A stretch of DNA of 64,000 bases from Alphaproteobacteria bacterium. Lineage in GTDB: Bacteria > Pseudomonadota > Alphaproteobacteria > GM7ARS4 > G965262615. A program made the translations under genes and the position numbers. Numbering within the stretch: the first letter of the stretch is position 1; the number at the start of each line of letters is the position of its first letter. Positions 29,958-40,505 of this stretch are shown piece by piece. Under the pieces are notes generated by a model. It saw nothing but the letters and a program-made list of their open reading frames with translations, made no database searches and had not been told where the DNA came from. The DNA lies in NCBI GenBank assembly GCA_965262615.1, contig OZ253545.1, positions 288,001-352,000 of the forward strand, in the 5' to 3' direction.

Positions 29958-29974
<17 letters not shown>
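29078..29974 (+). CDS. ispE: 4-diphosphocytidyl-2-C-methyl-D-erythritol kinase
   Basis: [53 protein letters not shown]. Confidence 0.96.
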
Positions 29975-31731
<1,757 letters not shown>

Positions 31732-31754
<23 letters not shown>

Positions 31755-34113
31755 CTCTCATCACGGCTTGGGTCTGGCGGCAGACATCATCAATGACACG
31801 CTGACACAGCTGTGCAATGGTGTCTTCATTCATGGTCTGTGTGTGAGGCTGCCATGTGATGTTGATTGCCAATGACTTTTGTTCATCGCTCACGCCTTTG
31901 CCAGTGAAGACATCAAACAGTGTGACCTCCAGCACCTCATCGCCGGCTGCTTGCCGCGCCGCCGTGAGCAGCTTTTCTGCTGGATATGAGCGCGCCACGA
32001 GAAAAGCAAAATCACGACTGACAGCAGGATACGCGGGTCGCTGCCACAGACGCGCGCGCTTGGGTGGTGCATAGCAATAGCGAGGCGTGATGATCTCCAG
32101 CATCGCCACATCTTTGGCGAGCTCATGATGCTGACGCAATTGGGGATGAATCATGCCAAAGTGGGCAGTCCATTCATCATCGTCTTGGTGTGAAAATCGC
32201 CCGCCCTGTCCACTATGCACATAGGGCGAAAGCGATTGTGTCTGTAATGAGAGATGCTCCAAAGAAATTCCCATGGCATCAATAATTGCCAGCAATTCGC
32301 CTTTGATATCAAAGACATCCCATTGCATTTTTTGTTGTCGCCAATGTCTGTTGTGTGCGTCACCCACGCGCACCGCGGCAATGGCTTGATATTCGCGTCC
32401 CTCGCGCCAGACGGCTCCCATCTCAAAGAGAGACTGGCGTGCCACGCCATGATCCTGATTATGACGCACCATCTCCAATAGGCGCGGCAGCAGCGATGGT
32501 CGTAGCATTTCTTGTCCCTGATGCATGGGATTGGCAAGACGCGTCCCTTCGCCAAAAAACGCTTCATGCTGTGGCGAGATAAAAGACCATCCCATGACTT
32601 CGCAAAATCCTCTGCTGGCGAGTTTTTGTTTGAGAGCCAACGCCATCTGCCACTCCTCATTGGTGACGGGCAATCGTCGCCAGTGAAAAAATCGCTCCTC
32701 AATGGCATCAAATCCTGTGATGCGCACCAGCTCCCCCACCACATCGGCGGTGCAGGTGATGGCTCTGCGCCAAGACGGCGGCGATACGCTTTTTTGATTG
32801 TGCCATGTAAATCCTAATTGAGTGAGGATATGATGTGCCTCCCCATTATCCATGTCTCTGCCGCTCAATGGTGCAATATCCTGATGACAAAACGAAACGG
32901 CGGGTGGAACAGATGGCTCTTGCCCCGCGCTCACCACCGATGATGCCGTTCCACCACACACAGAAAGAATCAGTGATGTCGCGGCATCCAAACTGGGCAG
33001 CACCGATGCGCCATCGGCATGACGCTCAAAGCGATAGCGAGACTCGCTGTCAATTCCCAATTGTCGCCCCGCTCGCGCCACAGATTTTGCGTCAAAATAG
33101 GCACTTTCTAAAAAAATCCACTCACTGCCCTCATGAATACCACTGCGCGCCCCTCCCATGACTCCCGCCAGAGACACAACGCCATCACCGCTCGCCACCA
33201 CCGTCATGCCCTCATCCAGTGCATATGTCTCCCCATCCAATGCCACAAAAGACTCCCCCTGAGAGGCGCGCCGCACCTCAAGACCTTTGGCAACCGCCTT
33301 GCCATCAAAGGCATGAAGGGGATGACCATAGGTGAGCATGATGTAATTGGTGATGTCCACCACGGGCGAGATGGAACGCATCCCCGCCGCCAGCAATGCC
33401 ATGCGTAGCCACAACGGAGACATGCCCCCCGCCCGATTGAGACGAATGACTCGTCCAGTGAAATAATCACAGCCACAATCGCGCGCCAATGATACCGTGA
33501 CTTCAGACTTGCCGTCAGAAACAACAGGCGGTGTGTGACGGGCTTTGAGTTTTCCCGCGCCCGCCGCCGCCACATCACGCGCCACTCCATAAATTGAGGC
33601 AGCATCACCGCGATCGGGTGTCAGGGCAATGACAAAAATGGGCGCAGCGGCATGACTCAACACCGTTGCCACATCATCGTCAACCGAGACATCATTTCCC
33701 AAATCAATGATGCCAGAGGCATCCTCACCAATGCCCAATTCATCACAGGAACACAGCATTCCCTCACTGACCACCGAGCGAATCTCCCGCTTTTCTATGG
33801 TGAGACCAGACGGCAGCACCGAGCCTAACGGTGCATAAACGCTTCTCATGGACACGCGCACATTGGGCGCGCCACAGACAACCGAGTAAGAAGATGAGCC
33901 ATCATGCACCTCGCACAACGATAAACGATCACTATGTGGATGAGGCATCGTTTTCGTCACCTGTGCCACGCGCAAAGAGGACAAATCAGGTGGCATGATG
34001 ACCGACTCCACCTCCAACCCCATGGCGGTCAGCAGTGATGCCAGATCATCACAATCGGAGGCTTTGGGGGTCAAATCAATGTGCTCACGCAGCCACGAAA
34101 GAGGAACTCTCAT
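31732..34113 (-). CDS. pheT: Phenylalanine-tRNA ligase beta subunit
   Basis: MRVPLSWLREH, VVCGAPN, S.GMLCS..ELG, TPDRGD, RYRFER, FDX-ACB tail RDFAF. Confidence 0.95.
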
Positions 34114-34125
34114 GTGTCACTCCTC

Positions 34126-35181
34126 TCACAAGGCAAAGGGAGAAAATCCGTAATGCTGACTCCACGCCAAGTCACCATCAAAAAAGGCACGCAAATCCGC
34201 CATGCCATATTTCAGCATGGCAAGACGCTCAATTCCCAATCCAAACGCAAAACCGCGATAGCGGGAGACATCAACATTCCCATGACGCAGCACATTTTCA
34301 TGCACCATGCCACACCCCAGCACTTCCATCCAGTCATCGCCTCCCAGCACAACCCCCTCTGATGTGTGACGGCAGCCGATGTCTATTTCCGCCGACGGCG
34401 AGGTGAACGGAAAAAAAGACGGACGCATCCGCAAAGGCAATTCATCCCAAGCAAAAAAGGCGCGACAAAAATCATGCAAGCATCCCTTCAAATCCGCCAT
34501 CGTCACATTCTCGTCCACCACCAACCCCTCCAATTGATGAAACATCGGCGTATGAGTGGTATCGGAATCACGGCGATAGGTGCGCCCCGGTGCCACAATG
34601 GCAAGGGGCGCGCCGTGAAGACGCAACGCCCGCATCTGAACAGGAGATGTGTGTGTGCGCAGTAATAAGGCGTTGCCATCATCATCGTGAAGGTTGAGGT
34701 AGAAAGTATCATGCATTTCACGGGCAGGGTGGTCGGCGGGAATGTTGAGGGAGGTAAAATTATGAAAATCATCCTCCACCTCAGGACCCTGCATCACACT
34801 GAATCCCATCTGCTGAAAAATCGTGGTGACCTCCCGCATCACATGAGTGACGGGATGAAGCCGTCCCTCTTGCACAGTGAGAGCGGGCAAGGTGACATCC
34901 ACCGCTTGTTCCTGCAGTTGTCGCTCCATGTTCTCAGCGGCGATTCTTTTTTGAGCTTGTGCGAAAGCGTCTTGAATTGTTTTTTGTGCCTGATGGCAGT
35001 CGGCAGCGCGCTGCGGACGCTCATCGGCACTGATATCCCGCAGCCCTCGTAATTGAAGCGTCAGCGTTCCTTTTTTTCCTAAATACTGATTGCGTTTGAG
35101 ATTGAGCTGATGGGGGTCTGAGACGGACTGAGCATCTTCGCACGCCTGCCGCACCATCGCTGCCAGATTTGCACCCGCCAT
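34126..35181 (-). CDS. pheS: Phenylalanine-tRNA ligase alpha subunit
   Basis: HPAREMHDTFY, LLRTHTSPVQ, HTPMFHQLEG, RPSFFPFT.PS, GFAFGLGIERL. Confidence 0.97.
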   Translation of the reverse strand: MAGANLAAMVRQACEDAQSVSDPHQLNLKRNQYLGKKGTLTLQLRGLRDISADERPQRAADCHQAQKTIQDAFAQAQKRIAAENMERQLQEQAVDVTLPALTVQEGRLHPVTHVMREVTTIFQQMGFSVMQGPEVEDDFHNFTSLNIPADHPAREMHDTFYLNLHDDDGNALLLRTHTSPVQMRALRLHGAPLAIVAPGRTYRRDSDTTHTPMFHQLEGLVVDENVTMADLKGCLHDFCRAFFAWDELPLRMRPSFFPFTSPSAEIDIGCRHTSEGVVLGGDDWMEVLGCGMVHENVLRHGNVDVSRYRGFAFGLGIERLAMLKYGMADLRAFFDGDLAWSQHYGFSPFAL

Positions 35182-35185
35182 GGAT

Positions 35186-35545
35186 TTAGGAAGCCATCTG
35201 ACGGCGCGCTTTTTCCACTAATGACGCAAAAGTCTGAGGCTCTCGCACAGCCAATTCCGCCAGCATCTTGCGATTAACGACAACGCCACTTTGCTGCAAG
35301 GCATGGATGAATTGTCCATAGGGGATTCCATGGGCTCGCCCTGCGGCATTGATGCGGGCAATCCAAAGGCGGCGCATGTCGCGCTTGCGGCGGCGGCGAT
35401 CTCGATAGCTGTATTGCCATGATTTCTCCAGACGCTGCAGTGCGGTGCGAAAATTAGAATGTGCCCGCCCGCGAAAACCCTTTGCCGCCCGCAAGACGCG
35501 CTTGCGCCGAGCCCGTGAGGCAACCGCATTAGTCGCACGAGTCAT
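35186..35545 (-). CDS. rplT: 50S ribosomal protein L20
   Basis: AKGFRG, YSYRDRR.RKR..R.LWI.RINAA, NRKMLAELAV. Confidence 0.96.
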   Translation of the reverse strand: MTRATNAVASRARRKRVLRAAKGFRGRAHSNFRTALQRLEKSWQYSYRDRRRRKRDMRRLWIARINAAGRAHGIPYGQFIHALQQSGVVVNRKMLAELAVREPQTFASLVEKARRQMAS

Positions 35546-35748
35546 GATGACACTCCATACGGCATAAAGCGTTTGAGACGCTTGCTATCGCAATGAGCGG
35601 CAATCGCACCGCCGCGACTCTGACGCTTCATCTTTTGCGTCCGCTTAATCAAATTGTGACGCCGACCAGACCGATACATCCGCACCAATCCACGCGCCGT
35701 CACGCCGAAACGCTTTTTGACACCGCTCTTTGTTTTCATTTTAGGCAT
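35542..35748 (-). CDS. rpmI: 50S ribosomal protein L35
   Basis: MPKMKTKSGVKKRF..T..G, RH, MPYG. Confidence 0.96.
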   Translation of the reverse strand: MPKMKTKSGVKKRFGVTARGLVRMYRSGRRHNLIKRTQKMKRQSRGGAIAAHCDSKRLKRFMPYGVSS

Positions 35749-35796
35749 GGGACAAGTTATACCATCTTCGCCACAGAACACAAGACACCAAAACCG

Positions 35797-36351
35797 TCAT
35801 GATTTATGAGGAGCGATGACCATGCACATTTGCCGTCCTTCATTTTGTGGCGGCGATTCAATTTTAATTTTGCCTTCAAGAGACTGAGTCAATTTATTGA
35901 GAACCTGCTCTCCGAGATCTCGCCGTGAGAGTTCTCGTCCGCGAAAGCGCACTGTCAGTTTGATTTTATCGCCGGCATCTAAAAATCGTTCTGCGGCTCG
36001 TTTTTTGACATCAAAGTCGTGACGATCAATCCCGGGGCGCAGCTTGATTTCTTTGACAACGGTGACTTTTTGTTTGCGGCGCGCTTCGGACTTTTTCTTT
36101 TGTTGCTGATAGCGAAACTTCCCATAATCCAAAATCTTGCACACAGGAGGATCAGCCAGAGGCGAGACTTCCACCAGATCAAGATTTTCTTGCCCCGCAC
36201 GCGCCAAGGCTTCCTCGCGAGAAATAACGCCGAGCATCTCGCCATTGGCATCCAGCACCCGCACCCGCATCGCTTTGATGGCATCATTGATGCGCAATTG
36301 ACTCTTATCATTGCCCTTGAAGGGTGGCTTGGGGGGAATGGGACGCATCAT
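35797..36351 (-). CDS. infC: Translation initiation factor IF-3
   Basis: RINDAI, LDLVEVSP.A.PPVCKILDYGKFRY, KEIKLRP.ID.HD, RFRGRE. Confidence 0.97.
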   Translation of the reverse strand: MMRPIPPKPPFKGNDKSQLRINDAIKAMRVRVLDANGEMLGVISREEALARAGQENLDLVEVSPLADPPVCKILDYGKFRYQQQKKKSEARRKQKVTVVKEIKLRPGIDRHDFDVKKRAAERFLDAGDKIKLTVRFRGRELSRRDLGEQVLNKLTQSLEGKIKIESPPQNEGRQMCMVIAPHKS

Positions 36352-38345
36352 CTTCGCTGAACGATGGACATGGCACGAGGCGCAGGCATCTGAGACTCTT
36401 GGGATAACAGGATCGCGGCTTGCTCAAGAGGGAGCGTCTGTTGTGCCGACCCACCCAAACGGCGCAAAGTCACACTGCCATCGCGCTCTTCGTTGCCGCC
36501 AACAATCGCAATCACGGGGCATTTTTCATGACTGTGTTCTCTGATTTTATAACTGATTTTCTCTGAGCGCGCATCTTGTTCAACAAAAAGATGGTGAGAG
36601 GCAAAGACTTGAGACACTCGCGTGGCATAATCGTCATAATCATTGGTGACCGATGCCACCACAACATGACACGGCGACAACCAAAAAGGCAAATGACCGC
36701 CATAATGCTCAAGAATGATGCCAATAAAACGCTCCAAAGAGCCAAACAATGCCCGATGCAGCATCACGGGATGATGTTTTTCACCATCCGCGCCCACATA
36801 ATGAGCATGCAATCGTTGCGGCAGACTCATATCCACCTGCAATGTGCCGCACTGCCAGTGACGACCCAAACTGTCCAAAAGCACAAACTCAATCTTAGGA
36901 CCATAAAACGCCCCCTCGCCATGATTGACCTCATAGGACAAATCAAGCGATTGCAATGACGACTGCAAAGATTGTTCCAACACATCCCAACTGGCATCAT
37001 CGCCGATGCGTTTGGCGGGACGGTCGGCAAATTTAATCAGGACATTCTCAAAGCCAAAATCTTTATAAATGGACAAAGTGAGTTCAATCACCTTGCGACA
37101 TTCCTCCTGCATTTGTTCAAAGGTGCAATAGATGTGCGCGTCATCTTGTGTGAAGGCGCGCACGCGCATCAATCCATGCAGAGCTCCCGAGGGCTCATAG
37201 CGATGCACTTTGCCGAATTCGGCGATGCGCCGCGGCAAATCGCGATAGCTCACCATGCCCTGACGATACACCTGCATGCCGCCGGGGCAATTCATGGGTT
37301 TGACGGCAAAGATGCGCCCGTCTTCGGTCTCGGTGGTAAACATATGTTCTCTAAATGTTTCCCAGTGACCCGATGCCTCCCACAAGGAGCGATCCAGCAC
37401 TTCGGGGGTATTGATTTCTTCATAACCGGCTTCGTTTTGTCGCCGCCGCAGATAGGATATCAAGGTGCGAAAAAGACGAGACCCGCGATCATGCCAAAAG
37501 ACAGCACCAGGGGCTTCTTCTTGAAAATGAAACAATTTCATCTGACGACCCAACAGGCGATGATCGCGTCTTGCGGCTTCTTCCAAGCGATGCAGATAAG
37601 CATCAAGGTCTTTTTGCCGATGCCATGCGGTGCCATAAATGCGCTGCAACATGGGACGGGTGGAATCGCCTCGCCAATACGCGCCGGCAACCTTCATCAA
37701 TTTGAAGGCATGACCGCTCTGTCCCGTTGTGGCAAAATGAGGCCCGCGACACAAATCAATAAAGTCGCCCTGACGATACATGAGCAACGATTCATCGGCA
37801 GGAATGGCATCTAAAATTTCTAATTTGTAGGCATTGCCGCGTTCGTGATAAAAACGGCGAATGTCTTCCCTGTGCCATTCCTCACGACTGATGGTGTCAT
37901 TGCGTTTGACAATATCATGCATGCGTTTTTCGATGTGCTCCAGATCCTGAGGCGTGAAGGCTTCCTCACGGGCAAAATCGTAATAGAAGCCATCATCAAT
38001 GACGGGCCCAATGGTGGGCGATGCGTCTTCATAGAGTTCCATCACCGCTTGTGCCATGATGTGTGCCATATCATGACGCAAAATCTCCAAACAGGATTCA
38101 TCGTCCGCCGTCAGCAATTGCAAGCGGCAATCGTGTCGTAGGGAGATGGAGAGATCGGTGAGTTGGTCATCCACCCGAGCGGCGCGGCAGCGGCGTTGCA
38201 ACGAGGGACTGATTGCCTCGGCAACCTCCAGCGGCGTGATGCCTTGAGAAAAAGAGTGACGGGTTCCGTCGGCGAGGGTCACGGCAATCGCTTCGGACTG
38301 CTCTGCCAAAGACGCAGGAAAACTCGTTACGAAATCGAGCTTCAT
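36348..38345 (-). CDS. thrS: Threonine-tRNA ligase
   Basis: TGS domain, DLCRGPH, GAYWRGD, RDHR.LG, KPMNCP, GLMRVR.FTQDDAH, GAFYGPK, HRA.FGS.ERF. Confidence 0.97.
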   Translation of the reverse strand: MKLDFVTSFPASLAEQSEAIAVTLADGTRHSFSQGITPLEVAEAISPSLQRRCRAARVDDQLTDLSISLRHDCRLQLLTADDESCLEILRHDMAHIMAQAVMELYEDASPTIGPVIDDGFYYDFAREEAFTPQDLEHIEKRMHDIVKRNDTISREEWHREDIRRFYHERGNAYKLEILDAIPADESLLMYRQGDFIDLCRGPHFATTGQSGHAFKLMKVAGAYWRGDSTRPMLQRIYGTAWHRQKDLDAYLHRLEEAARRDHRLLGRQMKLFHFQEEAPGAVFWHDRGSRLFRTLISYLRRRQNEAGYEEINTPEVLDRSLWEASGHWETFREHMFTTETEDGRIFAVKPMNCPGGMQVYRQGMVSYRDLPRRIAEFGKVHRYEPSGALHGLMRVRAFTQDDAHIYCTFEQMQEECRKVIELTLSIYKDFGFENVLIKFADRPAKRIGDDASWDVLEQSLQSSLQSLDLSYEVNHGEGAFYGPKIEFVLLDSLGRHWQCGTLQVDMSLPQRLHAHYVGADGEKHHPVMLHRALFGSLERFIGIILEHYGGHLPFWLSPCHVVVASVTNDYDDYATRVSQVFASHHLFVEQDARSEKISYKIREHSHEKCPVIAIVGGNEERDGSVTLRRLGGSAQQTLPLEQAAILLSQESQMPAPRAMSIVQRR

Positions 38346-38486
38346 GAAAATGAGCAAATGCCCATATCAAGTGGGCATAAAAGCGGAGCGGATAAGCGAA
38401 ATAGTCATAACGCCTCTATTGTGTGCAGACAATTCACCATTCGTCAAGGCGAAAAAAATGGGAACTATCCATAATTTTACTCATAT

Positions 38487-39275
38487 TCACTTTTTCTTTG
38501 ATTGTTTTTCAATCAAGAATTTTTTCCCAGCTCCTGTAAGCTGAGGAATATAAGGAATGGCATTAGGGTCTCTTGTGCGAAAATACCTTTTAGCGTGTTT
38601 GGGTATCCACTCCTTATCCAAAAAATCAATGTAAGTCGGCAAAAGATTGACAGGATATTGTCTCGCGGGAAATTCCCCCTGCGGTGTCCAGTGCAAATAG
38701 TAAAGATGGACATCCTCAAAGCTGTTTTTTTTGAGATAGTCAGAAAACAGGCGTCCGACACTAACGTCAGGTCTTATCTCTTTATCATCGTCAGACCTAT
38801 CTCTTATTATATGCCCTAATTGTTCAAACCTCCCATACAGGCGAATTCCCAATTCGCTTATAATAGAAAAGTAACCATCCGCGGTTCTATCCCAATTGTT
38901 GTTGAATCTCCGCACAAAAGCCTTTCCCCCCAAACTATAAGACCCCGTGCGTCTAATTGCGGGCAAAACTTCATGTGTAACCCATCTCTTGAATTTCTTT
39001 GCACCTTCCTTTCTGCTTTGGAAAATGAGCTGGTAAAGACCCGCCTCATTCGTGATGTTGAATGTTTGTTTGCGACCCATATCATCTATGCCGTCAGTAG
39101 TACTGACATCATCTTTTTCTAAAGAGCGTGCAACTTCACGCGAATTTGAAAGCCCCAATGCCTTGCAAATGTCAGCAATGTAAAACCACAGCTCGCCATT
39201 CACCTCAACGGTTCTAAAGGGGTATGAGGAATCTACTTCTTCTTGATATAGGAAAATTTGCAATTCACCTTGCAT
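38487..39275 (-). CDS. Bro-N domain protein with BstA-like C-terminal domain (candidate anti-phage/phage-derived)
   Basis: Bro-N motifs (GELWF...DICKALG.SN, NEAGLYQLIFQSRK..AKKFKRWVTHEVLPAIRRTGSY); C-terminal GYFSIISE...PDVSVG...A..YP...W.PK.A..YF..RDP; AT-rich relative to neighbours. Confidence 0.8.
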   Translation of the reverse strand: MQGELQIFLYQEEVDSSYPFRTVEVNGELWFYIADICKALGLSNSREVARSLEKDDVSTTDGIDDMGRKQTFNITNEAGLYQLIFQSRKEGAKKFKRWVTHEVLPAIRRTGSYSLGGKAFVRRFNNNWDRTADGYFSIISELGIRLYGRFEQLGHIIRDRSDDDKEIRPDVSVGRLFSDYLKKNSFEDVHLYYLHWTPQGEFPARQYPVNLLPTYIDFLDKEWIPKHAKRYFRTRDPNAIPYIPQLTGAGKKFLIEKQSKKK

Positions 39276-39361
39276 TCTTGGTCACCAAATTCTTACGCCG
39301 TGATTTTAATGTAGTGGCTATCAAAAAATAGAGGAAAAATGGGCGATAATTCCCAAAAACA

Positions 39362-39706
39362 TCAAAAGCAGGCGAGTTCCGCCGCCGCCATGGCGCGATA
39401 CAATTTGTCCAAAGGCCTCTTGGAGAGACCCACTCCCTGATATGCCTCACTGCGAGGCGAATTGCCCAGCTGCACCCGCACCAAAGCTTCGGCTTGGGCA
39501 TACTCTTTATATGACAAGCGGGCGGCTATCTTATCAATGGCGCACGAGCATCGTCTGATAAAATTGGGCGAGGCTTGATTGGCACTCATGCACGCAAACA
39601 CATACTCCGACCGCACCGCAGTGGGAAAATCATTAACGGTGCGCTCGCGTGATTCTCCAGAAAGGGGAGTCACCATCAAACAAATCAAAAGGGTGTATTT
39701 TTTCAT
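39362..39706 (-). CDS. Small secreted Cys-rich hypothetical protein (type seen in PQQ-dehydrogenase clusters)
   Basis: Signal peptide; NDFPT..R.EYVFACM..N...CSCAID.IA..L.Y..Y..AE...CF; family association from recall only. Confidence 0.7.
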   Translation of the reverse strand: MKKYTLLICLMVTPLSGESRERTVNDFPTAVRSEYVFACMSANQASPNFIRRCSCAIDKIAARLSYKEYAQAEALVRVQLGNSPRSEAYQGVGLSKRPLDKLYRAMAAAELACF

Positions 39707-39709
39707 AAT

Positions 39710-40444
39710 CTAACCTCGTGTCATTTCTTCCAGAGAGCGAAAGGTGATGCGATCTTCCCAGAGAAGTTGTCCTTTGTCATCCTTGGTGAAGGTTCGCAAT
39801 TGATAAAAGTAACCGGGCACTTCAGCCGACATGACAAAGATATAAGCTTTGTCGCGATACTTTTCAAACCTTTTACTCAAATCACCCGAAGCAAAGGGGC
39901 GAATGGTGATGCGCACCCCTTCCACATCTTTGCCTTCAAATGGAAATCGTATCCTTTCTGCCTCGGCTGACGCAAGAGAATGGCGAATACGGGAGCGAAA
40001 AAACAGCGTGCTCCCTCCCGTGATGCGATTCATTTCGCGCGCATCACGCTCTAAAAAAAGCATGAAGAGCGGATTGGCGTGCATCTGGTCTCTGGGAGGA
40101 AATCTGACTCGTTTGCGTCCTTTGAGAAAGCGAAAGGTGAGGTCTTTGCGCCCATCCTTGTGAATGCGATTGACATTGACCATCACCCGTCCCTGATAAT
40201 CCTCATCATACTGTCCCTGATGAAGAAAATCGTAATTAAGACGAGAAGGCGCGGTGATGTTATCAAGGGTGTTTTGCACAAACAGCAAGCGATTGGCAGA
40301 CGAGAGCTGTTCTATTTGGTCTTGAGCGTATTCATCGGCGATTTGATCCCAATCGTCGGTGTCATAGTTTTGCGCGCCGCTGGGGGTCGCGACGAGCAGA
40401 AAAAAGATTGCAACAGGAAGCCACATTGTCAAAATCACTCTCAT
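39710..40444 (-). CDS. Secreted hypothetical protein (type seen in PQQ-dehydrogenase clusters)
   Basis: Signal peptide; NPLFMLFLERDAREMNRITGG...FFRSRIR, S.EVPG.F; co-oriented with the 39362 ORF. Confidence 0.7.
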   Translation of the reverse strand: MRVILTMWLPVAIFFLLVATPSGAQNYDTDDWDQIADEYAQDQIEQLSSANRLLFVQNTLDNITAPSRLNYDFLHQGQYDEDYQGRVMVNVNRIHKDGRKDLTFRFLKGRKRVRFPPRDQMHANPLFMLFLERDAREMNRITGGSTLFFRSRIRHSLASAEAERIRFPFEGKDVEGVRITIRPFASGDLSKRFEKYRDKAYIFVMSAEVPGYFYQLRTFTKDDKGQLLWEDRITFRSLEEMTRG

Positions 40445-40505
40445 GGGTTAAGATAGCACTCTCGGAGGATAATGCCAATTCCTTTGGCAATCAAGAGGGA
40501 GAAAA

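Noticed and set aside
38400-40500. Prophage or integrative element around the Bro-N gene
   Set aside because: No integrase, tRNA, structural genes or convincing flanking direct repeats; only a weak gaaaaatggg-like match on both sides.
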